64,000 bases of DNA from the NCBI GenBank assembly GCA_964242855.1, contig CAXTBZ010000005.1, forward strand, positions 1,051 through 65,050, written 5' to 3'. The DNA is from an uncultured Sphingomonadaceae bacterium (GTDB lineage Bacteria; Pseudomonadota; Alphaproteobacteria; Sphingomonadales; Sphingomonadaceae). Positions 48,615-57,973 of this stretch are shown piece after piece. How positions within the stretch are numbered: the first letter of the stretch is position 1; each line of letters opens with the position of its first letter. The notes under the pieces are model-generated. The model was not told the origin of the DNA. It worked only from the letters and a program-made list of their open reading frames with translations, and searched no databases. Both the position numbers and the translations under genes were made by a program.

Positions 48615-49867
48615 GCAGCGATCCGCATAGTCGAAAAGGCGATCGGCGATGCTTCTTCGGTACCGATGAAACATGCGTCGTGGCCGGCCATGATTGCAAG
48701 CAGGAAGCCTCCGAGTGCGGTCTGAAAGCCCAAAGCGCCAATTGCAGCGGCGAGGGTCACCGGCAGTACAGAGGGCGGAGCGACGAAGCCGCTCGCGATC
48801 CAGTTCAGCCCGATCACAGCGAAAGCGACGAAGGATGCGAGCATTGCCACCGATCCACTAATCAGAGCATGTTCCAGCGTCAGCACCGGGCGAAGCCTTT
48901 CCAGCGTAGGGCGGAGTCTTCGGTAACCGAGCTTTGCACCATGAAAATGCGTGGTCAAAGCCATGATGCCTGCGAAATGCCCGACGGTCAGGAGGAAGCC
49001 CGCCACAATCGTCCAGCTGGCGCCGAAGGAACCATCGCCGCTGAAAAGTCCGAGAGCGTGCAGGGCGGCGATGCTCAGGATGATTAATGCCGCCGTCACC
49101 GCCAGCAGCGCAGGCACGCCGAATACCCAGGTTGGGCTCAGCATCAGCAGGTAGCGGAGGTGGCGCCAGCCGTCGCGCCAGGGGCGCAGATGCGGCGGAC
49201 GGTCACGCAGATCGGGGGAGAGCGTCGCCGCCACCTGATCGATGCGCATCCTCTGCAGCGAGGCCTTGATCACCATTTCGCTGGCAAATTCCATGCCGCT
49301 GCCGCGCAGGTTGAGAGCGTGCGCCGCCTCCCGGCGAATCGCGCGCAGGCCGCAATGGGCGTCTTCGATGCCGGAGCGATAGAACAGGTTGAGGATGCCG
49401 GTTAGTGCCGGGTTGCCGATGTAACGGTTCTTCCAGGGCATGGCGCCGGGCGCGATGCCGCCCTTGAAGCGCGATCCCATGCAAAGATCGGCGCCATCCA
49501 GCAGACGCCCGATCATCGCCACGGCGTCGGTGAATGCATAGCTGCCGTCCGCATCGCCCATCACGAAGAAACGACCCAAGGCGGCATCGAAACCTCCGAG
49601 GATGGCAGCGCCATAGCCTTTACGCGCGACCTGGACCACGCGGGCGCCAAGGCTCTCCGCCAGAGCCTGGCTGCCATCGGTCGATCCGTTGTCGGCGATG
49701 AGGATCTCACCGGCCAAGCCGTATTGGTCCTGGATCCTCGCCAGTGCTTCCTGCGCCACGGCGATGCAGTGGCCGAGCGAGCGGACCTCGTTCAAGCAAG
49801 GCATGATGATGGAGACATCGAGGGACAAACGTCCCTTCGCGAATGCCTCTGCACCATGCAATTCCAT
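48611..49867 (-). CDS. Glycosyltransferase family 2 (polyprenol-phosphate glycosyltransferase/GtrB-like) with C-terminal transmembrane helices
   Basis: SIIMPCLNE, ADNGSTDGS, KGYG, MGDADGSY, GSRF, DAHCGLR, MEFASEM. Confidence 0.92.
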   Translation of the reverse strand: MELHGAEAFAKGRLSLDVSIIMPCLNEVRSLGHCIAVAQEALARIQDQYGLAGEILIADNGSTDGSQALAESLGARVVQVARKGYGAAILGGFDAALGRFFVMGDADGSYAFTDAVAMIGRLLDGADLCMGSRFKGGIAPGAMPWKNRYIGNPALTGILNLFYRSGIEDAHCGLRAIRREAAHALNLRGSGMEFASEMVIKASLQRMRIDQVAATLSPDLRDRPPHLRPWRDGWRHLRYLLMLSPTWVFGVPALLAVTAALIILSIAALHALGLFSGDGSFGASWTIVAGFLLTVGHFAGIMALTTHFHGAKLGYRRLRPTLERLRPVLTLEHALISGSVAMLASFVAFAVIGLNWIASGFVAPPSVLPVTLAAAIGALGFQTALGGFLLAIMAGHDACFIGTEEASPIAFSTMRIAA

Positions 49868-49960
49868 CGCGTCCTCGCAAGCTCATCGAACCTGCCTATG
49901 CGGACTAAGCGGAAAGCCTTCTCGAATGGTTACCGTGCAGGTGAGGAGTGTGTCTGCCGG

Positions 49961-50383
49961 CTAGCGCCGGAACTCCTCGCTCAGCGACATCTCGGAAACG
50001 CCCTCGAAGCGGCCGAGGGTGCACTTCACCGTTTCGGGATCGCCGCCCACGCCGAGTGGGCCGTCATGGTCGAGCATCTCTAGGGTGTCGCCCTGGCAAA
50101 GCCGGTCGGGGTCGGCCGAGCGGAAACGCAGTTTCGACACGTTGTTGATGTGGAGCAGGTCGTCGCAGGGCGTGGGCAGATAATTGCGATACGCCTTGCC
50201 GCCGCTGACGTGGAGGATCAGGTGACTGCTCGTCTCGGCAGTCTCTTCGCGGATCGCCGAGCGATTGATGCACTGCTTGGCGCTTTGCGGTACGGCCTCG
50301 CGGCCTGCTCCGGCGACGGTCGCAGCCAAGGCGATCGTGATCGATCCAAGCACGCAATTCCGCAGCTTCAGAGTGTGTGTCAT
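49961..50383 (-). CDS. Hypothetical secreted protein with paired cysteines
   Basis: Signal-like N-terminus; QCI...PCDDL...RLCQGD...CTLGRF. Confidence 0.7.
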   Translation of the reverse strand: MTHTLKLRNCVLGSITIALAATVAGAGREAVPQSAKQCINRSAIREETAETSSHLILHVSGGKAYRNYLPTPCDDLLHINNVSKLRFRSADPDRLCQGDTLEMLDHDGPLGVGGDPETVKCTLGRFEGVSEMSLSEEFRR

Positions 50384-50415
50384 AGCGATCTTCCTCGCAA
50401 CGGCGTGTTACGGTT

Positions 50416-51735
50416 TCATGTCAGTGCGGGAGCGTAGCGGCTGCGATCGCGGTAGCTCGTCAGAACCGGCACAAGCAGGAACAGCGCCAGCATCGCGGTG
50501 CCGAGCAGATAGGCGCTGCCCGCACCGCTGAGACCGAAGCGGTGCGCGAGAACTGCCAACATGCCAAGGTACCCGAGCGTCCCCGCCGCCTGGGCTACCA
50601 GCGCCGCCCGTTGCCGGCCGACCATGTAGAGCAGCGATTCAAGCGGGAAGCTCGCCATCTCCACCATGAGCGAGAACATCATCAGCGTCAGCAGGCCGTA
50701 AGCGGCGATGTATTTGTGTCCGAACAGCCCGATGAATGGCTTTCCACCCAGCAGGATTGCGATCACTACCAGCAGCGCTATACCGCCTGCGATGGCGCCG
50801 GTGCGGACGGCGAGCCGCCACGGATGCGTGCTGGATGGATCGAGGCGGACAATCTCGGGATAGAAGCCCTTGGTCAGCATGTCGGCTGGCTTGCCGGCAG
50901 AATCGAGTAGGGTGATCGCTATCTTGTAGAGCCCGGCCGGCGCCGGCCCGAGGATGCCGCCCACCACCAGATTGCCGATTGGCCCCCAGCCGGCGTTGAG
51001 CGAGATCGCGATGTTGGTGGTCCAGGCGAAACCCCACGATCCCGGCAAGCGCCGGGCAACCCCGAACAAACCGGGGCGCAACGAACCGAGCATGTTGCGA
51101 CGGCGCAGCTGTCGTATCGCGAACGCCCAAAGCAGCAGGTCTCCCAGGATATCCGCGAGGTACCAGGTGATCACGAAGCCGATTAGGCCGAGGCCGGTAA
51201 AGTAGGCGACCCCGGCACCCAGCACGCGGAGAGCCGGGGTGACGATCTGCTGCTGGGCGAGCAAATCGAAGCGATCGAGCAGTCGCAGCACACCCGATGG
51301 CGTCGCCGCCGCCATCGTCGGCACCAATGTGCAGTATATCAGCGCAATCGGCAGGTGCGCGCGATCGATCCCGAAGCGGGTCGCTAGGAAGGGCAAGGCG
51401 AGCATTGCCGCAACCATGCCGATCAGTCCGCTTGCAACGTCCAGCCCGAACGCGAAGCGGATCGAGTCCTCTACCGTTCGCCTGTCATCACGCTCAAGCG
51501 CGGGGCCGCCGTAACGCAGGATCAGCTGCCAGCTCTGGAACTTGGTGATCGCGCCGGCGCCAAGCGCGTAGGTGTGGATCAACATGAGCACACCGAAGGT
51601 GACCGGATCGAGCGCGTGGCCGGCAGCGATCAGCGCAAGCAGGCCGAATACAGCGCCCAGCGCCTTGGTCGATCCCAGATACCCGGCGTTGCGGAGCACG
51701 GCGCGGAACACGCCATCCTTGAACCAGTGCTTCAT
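50416..51735 (-). CDS. Polysaccharide/oligosaccharide flippase (Wzx-like)
   Basis: About 12 transmembrane helices; AGHALDPVTFG, FQSWQ, AGLYKIA. Confidence 0.85.
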   Translation of the reverse strand: MKHWFKDGVFRAVLRNAGYLGSTKALGAVFGLLALIAAGHALDPVTFGVLMLIHTYALGAGAITKFQSWQLILRYGGPALERDDRRTVEDSIRFAFGLDVASGLIGMVAAMLALPFLATRFGIDRAHLPIALIYCTLVPTMAAATPSGVLRLLDRFDLLAQQQIVTPALRVLGAGVAYFTGLGLIGFVITWYLADILGDLLLWAFAIRQLRRRNMLGSLRPGLFGVARRLPGSWGFAWTTNIAISLNAGWGPIGNLVVGGILGPAPAGLYKIAITLLDSAGKPADMLTKGFYPEIVRLDPSSTHPWRLAVRTGAIAGGIALLVVIAILLGGKPFIGLFGHKYIAAYGLLTLMMFSLMVEMASFPLESLLYMVGRQRAALVAQAAGTLGYLGMLAVLAHRFGLSGAGSAYLLGTAMLALFLLVPVLTSYRDRSRYAPALT

Positions 51736-51961
51736 GATTCGCCGTCTGAGCCGTCCAAGCGCCGGAAGATGTGCCGATCGTTTCGGCGGTTTTTAACGCT
51801 CTGGCAAGCTACTGGCTCGGTTTGCCGCCCCGACCCGGAGCCAGAGATCGCTTCGCCGCACTGCCGCATCTACCGGCCGCGTTATCGGCGGCGGTTACCT
51901 TCTTTAAACAGAAAGCGCGGTTACACGGAATACGGGCTAAGGGTATCGGGGCTTTGGTAAC

Positions 51962-52552
51962 ATGATCAAACGGTCGAAGATCGCATTCTGTTCCATTGCA
52001 CTCGCGATGGCGTCGATTGTCGCTGTACCGGCGGATGCCGCTGGCGGATCGTTCTGGCAGTGCGTGACCTTCGCCCGCATGTTCTCGGGCATTCAGCTGT
52101 TCGGCAACGCCGCGACATGGTGGAACCAGGCGCTCGGCAAGTACAGCCGCGGCGACACGCCCAAGCAGGGCGCGGTAATGGTGTTCAAGGCGATCGGCTC
52201 GATGCGCGCCGGGCATGTCGCGACCGTCAGCCAGATCGTCTCCGATCGCATCGTCAAGGTGACCCACGCCAATTGGTCGAGCCCCGGCAAGGTCGAGAGC
52301 GACGTCGAGGTGATGGATGTCTCCGCCGCGAACGACTGGAGCAAGGTCCGCGTTTGGTTCAAGAACCTGCACGATCTCGGCAACAGCAGCTATCCGGTCT
52401 ACGGCTTCATCTATGGCGGCCACGCCGGAACGGCTGCCGATGCCGTTACTACTGCCGACGCGACGCCAACTGGCGCGGTCGGCGTGAAGGTCGACCCCAC
52501 CAGCTTCAAGGCACAGCGCGCCAAGGCACCACTCGCCGCGCTGATCGGCTGA
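51962..52552 (+). CDS. CHAP domain protein (putative peptidoglycan amidase)
   Basis: Signal peptide, WQCVTFAR (Cys), GNAATWW, GHVATV (His), HANWS. Confidence 0.9.
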   Translation: MIKRSKIAFCSIALAMASIVAVPADAAGGSFWQCVTFARMFSGIQLFGNAATWWNQALGKYSRGDTPKQGAVMVFKAIGSMRAGHVATVSQIVSDRIVKVTHANWSSPGKVESDVEVMDVSAANDWSKVRVWFKNLHDLGNSSYPVYGFIYGGHAGTAADAVTTADATPTGAVGVKVDPTSFKAQRAKAPLAALIG

Positions 52553-52624
52553 GCCCGGCGCTATCTTCACCGCTTGCTTACGGCTGATGCTGTAGGCAGC
52601 CTGTCCTGAACGGGACGGGATTGC

Positions 52625-53968
52625 ATGACGGACGCCAGCCAGCCTCTCATCGCGCGGCCGCGCTCGGCGGTGTCATCCGCCGTTGGGCTAGTCGGGTTAG
52701 CCGGTCTCGCGTTGTTCTACGTGGCCGTCCGCTTCTGGCATTTCGATGCGCCGTGGGTGCCGCTGGCTGGGCTCGCCGCATGCGCTGCGCCGATGGTGCT
52801 GTGGTCGCTCCTCGTCGATCGTGTCCACCGCAACCCCTCGACCGGCATCGACTGGGACGGACCGCCGCGCAGCTGGCGCGAGGCCTGCGACACCGGCCTC
52901 GTCAAGCTCGCCGGGCTCTGGGCGACCTGGGGGATCATCGCCGCCTGCTATGGCCTCGGCCGCTGGTATTGGGAGGGCGGCTACCTCTACGCGATGCGGC
53001 TGCTGACGGCGGCACTGGTGCCGCTGGTGCTGCTCTCGATCCCCTACGTGATCTGGCTCGACCGCCGGCTGATCGATCGCGAGGACGGCGCCTGGCCATT
53101 CGGGCAGTGGCTGATGACGCTCGGGCGCGACTTCGATCCGGCCCTGCGACCGAAGCTTGCCGAGCATGCGCGCAGCTGGGCGATCAAGGGCTTCTTCACC
53201 GCCTTCATGTTCTCGACCTTGCCGGGAAACTGGGGTGCCGCCGTCGTCGCCTCGCCGGATCAGATGTGGGCCGATCCGCTGAAGCTCGCCGAAGCCTGCA
53301 TCGCGCTGATGTTCCTAGTCGACGTCAGCATCGGCACCGTCGGCTACCTGCTGACGCTGCGGCCGCTCGACGCGCACATCCGTTCGGGCAATCCGTTCAT
53401 GCAGGGATGGACGGCGGCGCTGATCTGCTACCCGCCCTTCATCCTGATGAGCGACGGCGGCCCGCTCGACTATGGCCCGGGCCAGATGGGGTGGGAGCGC
53501 GTGCTGTCCGATCATCCGCTGCTGCTGCCGATCTGGGCCTTTCTGCTGATCCTGCTCACCGGCTGCTACGCGTGGGCCACGGTGGCGTTCGGCATCCGCT
53601 TCTCCAACCTGACCTATCGCGGCGTGCTGACCAACGGGCCGTACCGTTTCACCAAGCATCCGGCTTATCTCAGCAAGAATCTCTACTGGTGGCTGGCCTC
53701 ACTGCCGCTGCTGACGACGTCGGGCATGTGGCCTGAGGGAATACGTAACGTGGCGATCCTGGCGCTGATCAGCGTGGTGTATTTCTGGCGCGCCAAGACC
53801 GAGGAACGCCACCTGCTAAGTGCCGATCCTGCCTACCTTTTGTACGCGAATTGGATGGCCGAGCGGGGGCTGATCACCAAGTGGCTGGTACGCGCAACGG
53901 GGCAGGGGAAAGTACCGGCTGAACGAGCAAAGACTGCGATTAAAGCTGATAAACAACGACTTAGCTAG
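52625..53968 (+). CDS. Isoprenylcysteine carboxyl methyltransferase (ICMT/PEMT) family membrane protein
   Basis: Multiple transmembrane helices; SNLTYRGVLTNGPYRFTKHPAY and RAKTEERHL. Confidence 0.82.
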   Translation: MTDASQPLIARPRSAVSSAVGLVGLAGLALFYVAVRFWHFDAPWVPLAGLAACAAPMVLWSLLVDRVHRNPSTGIDWDGPPRSWREACDTGLVKLAGLWATWGIIAACYGLGRWYWEGGYLYAMRLLTAALVPLVLLSIPYVIWLDRRLIDREDGAWPFGQWLMTLGRDFDPALRPKLAEHARSWAIKGFFTAFMFSTLPGNWGAAVVASPDQMWADPLKLAEACIALMFLVDVSIGTVGYLLTLRPLDAHIRSGNPFMQGWTAALICYPPFILMSDGGPLDYGPGQMGWERVLSDHPLLLPIWAFLLILLTGCYAWATVAFGIRFSNLTYRGVLTNGPYRFTKHPAYLSKNLYWWLASLPLLTTSGMWPEGIRNVAILALISVVYFWRAKTEERHLLSADPAYLLYANWMAERGLITKWLVRATGQGKVPAERAKTAIKADKQRLS

Positions 53969-54015
53969 CGTACCGGCGAAGTTGACAAAGTTGGGCGATT
54001 GCGTATTTTACAAAC

Positions 54016-54324
54016 CTAGCGGCGCAGGTGAATGGCATTGGCTCGGCGCCGTCGCTCAATTTCGGTTTGTACGTCGTGCGTGAAAGTTTGTTGCTCCAAC
54101 GAGTAGATTGTTTTGTCCTGCACTCGGTATGCCTCGGAGAGGGCATAAGTCTGATCGTCCGGCGCCTCGTATGGCCGCGCGCACTCATCGGTGATCCGGA
54201 GTGCTAAATCCTTAGCTTCGATTGGCTGGGAATAGTTCTTCTGAATCAGAGGCGTTGCGCATAACCAATCGGCTACCCGATCGCTTTGGCCGGCGAGGGC
54301 GACGGCCGCTATCAGAACAATCAC
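54016..54324 (-). CDS. Small secreted or membrane-anchored hypothetical protein (IS passenger)
   Basis: MIVLIAAVALAG signal; 4-nt overlap with the upstream gene; stop codon abuts the inverted repeat. Confidence 0.55.
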   Translation of the reverse strand: MIVLIAAVALAGQSDRVADWLCATPLIQKNYSQPIEAKDLALRITDECARPYEAPDDQTYALSEAYRVQDKTIYSLEQQTFTHDVQTEIERRRRANAIHLRR

Positions 54325-54563
54325 TCGCCGTCCTCCACTGGCTCATGCTTCACCAGCCGCTCCCGACGTTCCGCCAACCCCTGCTTCAGTCCTTCTTCGG
54401 CAACGTCGAAATCCTCGGGGTCGTTCGGATCGGCAGGAAGGACGACCGGCTTATGCTTCACCAGCTTCTTGACCCTCTCGTCAAAGCGCGCCTCGTCGTC
54501 GTCCGTCTCTAGCTGGCGGGCGGCTTCCTTAAACTTGTCGAGTTGGGACTGGTCGCGAGTCAT
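54321..54563 (-). CDS. Small charged hypothetical protein (IS passenger)
   Basis: SQLDKFKEAARQLETDDDEARFDERVKKLVK; 4-nt overlaps on both sides. Confidence 0.7.
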   Translation of the reverse strand: MTRDQSQLDKFKEAARQLETDDDEARFDERVKKLVKHKPVVLPADPNDPEDFDVAEEGLKQGLAERRERLVKHEPVEDGE

Positions 54564-55138
54564 TTCGCGTCCTCGCTCGGCTCGTTGTCAGCCGCCGGGA
54601 TCTCTTCGTGCTCGTCCAATTGAAACGAGCGTTGGCGCGACGCGTCGGGTATTGCGATGTCGATCAATTTTAGTGGCTCAATATCGCACAATCGCGCTCG
54701 GTTGCCGAGCCCGTCGTCCTCTGTAAGTATCTTTTCGCATTTCGCTACCTTGGCAATAGCAATGATCTGTCGATCGACTTTCATTTTTTGCCAAGGCTCA
54801 AGGCCATTCTTTTGATCAAGAGACCCAAAGATATCTCGATTAAGAAATGCCAACTCAATCGCCGCCACCTCGTCAAATGATCGTACTTCAAATACCGCTT
54901 TTCGGTTTACCACCCGAATGTAATCCGCCGACGTAGGACCGATTGCAGTAAGCAATTCTGCAGCCGCCGGTGTCGGTATGATAAGCTTGCGCCGATCCTT
55001 TTGGACCTGAGCAATGAAACCGAGAATACGCTCACGCCCAAGTTCAAGAGGGATACCGGTGGCGGCGTCTAGCGGCGCGCGAGCATTCGGATTTAGCAGA
55101 ATGCTTAACGTCGTTGCGTCTATAGCTATTGGTCTCAT
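54560..55138 (-). CDS. PIN-domain ribonuclease-like protein (IS passenger)
   Basis: IAIDAT, IPTPAAAE, KVDRQIIAIA, ILTED: four acidic PIN active-site positions. Confidence 0.8.
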   Translation of the reverse strand: MRPIAIDATTLSILLNPNARAPLDAATGIPLELGRERILGFIAQVQKDRRKLIIPTPAAAELLTAIGPTSADYIRVVNRKAVFEVRSFDEVAAIELAFLNRDIFGSLDQKNGLEPWQKMKVDRQIIAIAKVAKCEKILTEDDGLGNRARLCDIEPLKLIDIAIPDASRQRSFQLDEHEEIPAADNEPSEDAK

Positions 55139-55869
55139 GCAGCCGCACCACGGCGCATTTCGAGTAACTTATCTACGAGGTCAGCAGGCCAGCCTTCAGC
55201 GGTCGTTTGAACTTCAGCCAGCGCATCAACCAAAGCGTCATTTTCAAGCGTCTCAAAATCGACGACTTTCATTCGAGAGATTTGCCACTGGCCCCGTTGG
55301 TCGCGGGACCACGATGCAATTCCGTGAAGTCTTACTTGCTCGTGCAAACACTTTGCGAGCCGCTTCGCCACCTCCTTGGTAGCAAAGCACCCCGTTACGA
55401 TATCGTCCGACAGTTCCTTCAAGAGAATCTGATCAAACTCGCCATCTCCCCCAACCCTAATGAGTTCGCCGGCTACAGAAGTAGCTTGTCTCATAGCGCT
55501 GATTTCCTGATCAGCGCCCAAGTCCACACTCGGAAACTCAAGAATCGTGGCTTGCCGGGAAGTCAGTACTGCAGGCTTTCCGCCATCATCGGTCACCATA
55601 CGGCGGAGTCGTTGATAAGCTCCGCGCTGGCGGATCGACCCGCCGCCTTCCCAGGTTTCGCGTGCACGATGCCTAGCTTTAACAGCGGCGTGGTGTGGCA
55701 TAACCAAGACAGGCTTGGTGCTGGATTTTTGAATATCTATGAGATGCAAGTCGGATGGATTGCCGAGAATGATCGTTAGCTGCGTCAGATATTCTATCAG
55801 ACGGTCTAGCGGCATCGTGTCCGGAGTGTACCCCGGAATGACAAACTCGAAATGCTCAAAATCCGCCAT
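55135..55869 (-). CDS. Hypothetical protein with a possible C-terminal OB-like fold, partner of the PIN gene (IS passenger)
   Basis: YTPDTMPLDRLIEYL N-terminus; SVAGELIRVGG...VRLHG beta-rich region; translationally coupled to the PIN gene. Confidence 0.75.
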   Translation of the reverse strand: MADFEHFEFVIPGYTPDTMPLDRLIEYLTQLTIILGNPSDLHLIDIQKSSTKPVLVMPHHAAVKARHRARETWEGGGSIRQRGAYQRLRRMVTDDGGKPAVLTSRQATILEFPSVDLGADQEISAMRQATSVAGELIRVGGDGEFDQILLKELSDDIVTGCFATKEVAKRLAKCLHEQVRLHGIASWSRDQRGQWQISRMKVVDFETLENDALVDALAEVQTTAEGWPADLVDKLLEMRRGAAA

Positions 55870-55978
55870 GAGCGGATTCTAGGCTTCCTCGGAATCGGTG
55901 TAAAGCCGTCCCTTACGGTGCGCCTTAGTTCGCCACCGGCTTCGATATCGCCTGCCGGAACCGGACGCTTTCGGGGAA

Positions 55979-56935
55979 TTAGACGTTAGCTGACTTATAC
56001 GTGAGCCGTTTGCCGACGATACCCACCACCGCGCGATCAGCGCGCGTCTTGTCATCCACGCCAAGCTTCGCGCGGTTGTTGTACCGGAAATCGAACTCGG
56101 CGAGGTAGCGGTGCAGATGCTGCTCGCCGCAGTGCTGATAGACGCCCTTCATTCCGCGCTTGAAGATGGAGAAGAAGCCTTCGACGGTGTTGGTCGTGAC
56201 CTCGCCGCGCACGTACTCGCCAGCGAGGTGGTTCACCTTGTCATGGCCAGCGTACTCGCGACCGACCGCCTTATAGAGGGTGGACTCGTCGGTCGTCAGG
56301 ACGGCTTCACGGGAAACGTTGGCGCGCACAATTTGCGCTACCTCGTCACGGGAAAGGTCATGGGTATGAATCGAGCGCGCGGCGCCGGTCTCGCGATCGA
56401 CCAGCGACACGACGCGCATCTTGTGATGACCGCCGCGCTGGTTCGGCTTCATCTCATAGCCCTTCTTGCGGCCGATGTAGGTTTCATCGACCTCTACGCG
56501 GGTGCCGTTCCCACCAAACGGCGCAAAGTCGCCGGAGCGCATGGCTTCGCGGATGCGATGCGAGAGGAACCATGCCGAATTATACTGCACCTCTAGGATG
56601 CGGCTTAGCTGGTGCGAGCTGATGCCCTTCTTGCTCGACACGATCAGATGCACGGCCTGGAGCATTTTGTGCAGGGGGAGCTTGGCGTCCTCAAAAACGG
56701 TGCCGACCTTGGCAGTGAACTGCTTACGGCACTCGCCGCACTTCTTCAGGCCGTGACGGACGATGCCTTCCGGGTTCTTCTTGCTCGGCTTGGAGCGAAC
56801 GCCCTCCAGCTTGTAGACCCGGCCGCCAACGACGCCGCAGTGCGGGCAGGCAACACCGTTTGCCCAAACCATCGCTTCAAGATATTCGAAAGCGGCGGCT
56901 TCATCATGAAAGCGGGGCCGGGAGAGAACGGACAT
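55979..56935 (-). CDS. IS1595 family (ISXO2-like DDE) transposase
   Basis: Zn ribbon CPHCG...CGECRKQFT, KKGISSHQL, VEVDETYIG, TTDE, VNH, TNTVEGFFS, YLAEFDFRYN. Confidence 0.96.
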   Translation of the reverse strand: MSVLSRPRFHDEAAAFEYLEAMVWANGVACPHCGVVGGRVYKLEGVRSKPSKKNPEGIVRHGLKKCGECRKQFTAKVGTVFEDAKLPLHKMLQAVHLIVSSKKGISSHQLSRILEVQYNSAWFLSHRIREAMRSGDFAPFGGNGTRVEVDETYIGRKKGYEMKPNQRGGHHKMRVVSLVDRETGAARSIHTHDLSRDEVAQIVRANVSREAVLTTDESTLYKAVGREYAGHDKVNHLAGEYVRGEVTTNTVEGFFSIFKRGMKGVYQHCGEQHLHRYLAEFDFRYNNRAKLGVDDKTRADRAVVGIVGKRLTYKSANV

Positions 56936-57131
56936 TTGCAGGCTCCTGAACGTGGAACCTGTCTACCTAATCAGCATGGGTTTGTCAAATGCGTAATCGC
57001 CCAAAGTTGACAGCGAAACGGGACAAAAAAACGACCTTCTCGAGCAGTTCTCAAAAGCCGCGACCGACCCGACCGTCGTTCGGCGGAGCGATCGTGACAA
57101 ACGAAATCCTACATTGGAAGCGCGGTGCGCC

Positions 57132-57896
57132 TCACGCCTTCCGGAGGATATAGGCCTGCGTCCAGAGCAGCCGCCTCAGCACGGGCAGACTTGCCATCCG
57201 GCGGCCAAGCGTGGACAGCATTCGCCAGCCGGGCTTGCCGCCGAACTCGGCGACGAAGGGCAGATATAATCCGAAGAACTCCTCGGCTTCGATGCGGAAG
57301 CCCACTATCTCGAGCTGGGCTTTGAGCGCGCGCGCAGTCAGCAGGTTGGTATGCCCGAGCTCGTCGGCCGCGCCGTAGAGCTTGCGCGCCAGCAGCAGGA
57401 TCGGCGGGAGCTTGAGCAGCCGCGCCATCAGTTCCACGATCGAGAAGCGCTGTGGGGTCGTCAGGACGAGCACGCCGTCCGGCTTCAGCGCCCGGTGCAG
57501 CGCATCGAGCAGCGCCAGGGACTCGCTCGGATCGACATGCTCCAGCACCTCGGTACACAGAGCGAGATCATGGCTGCCGAGATCGAGCGGCTTGGTCGCG
57601 TTGGCCAGCAGGACGGTCACCCCCTGGACGTGCGAGACGCCGACAAGAAAGGCGGGGTTGATGTCGACGGCGGTCACGTCTGCGCCGAGCTTCGCGATGT
57701 GACGAACGAAGATGCCGCAACCGATGCCAATCTCGATCGCGCGGGTACCAGGAAGCACATGGCGGGCAGTCGCGGTCTCGACCCAGGCGCGACGCGATCG
57801 ATGCAGGCCGCGCCGGGTAGGGTTGCCGTCGTCGTAGAGGTTCGCCTGAAACCCGATGTCCGCCTGTTGCAGAGGGAGAGGCGCAATCATGTTCAT
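57132..57896 (-). CDS. Class I SAM-dependent methyltransferase
   Basis: IEIGIGCG, VTAVDIN, CTEVLEHV, LKPDGVLVLTTP. Confidence 0.88.
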   Translation of the reverse strand: MNMIAPLPLQQADIGFQANLYDDGNPTRRGLHRSRRAWVETATARHVLPGTRAIEIGIGCGIFVRHIAKLGADVTAVDINPAFLVGVSHVQGVTVLLANATKPLDLGSHDLALCTEVLEHVDPSESLALLDALHRALKPDGVLVLTTPQRFSIVELMARLLKLPPILLLARKLYGAADELGHTNLLTARALKAQLEIVGFRIEAEEFFGLYLPFVAEFGGKPGWRMLSTLGRRMASLPVLRRLLWTQAYILRKA

Positions 57897-57973
57897 AGCC
57901 GAGCGCCCCTCCCATTCCCGTGCTGAGAAGGTGTGGCAGCAAATGGTTAACGAGTTTCTGCTCTTGTCGATGG

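Larger units (their letters stand above)
53994..57001 (-). mobile_element. Complete IS1595-family element with passenger genes (3008 bp)
   Basis: 23-bp terminal inverted repeats (53994-54016 and 56979-57001; 20/23 match, GGCGATT ends); 8-bp target duplication CAAAGTTG at 53986-53993 and 57002-57009; DDE transposase inside. Confidence 0.93.
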
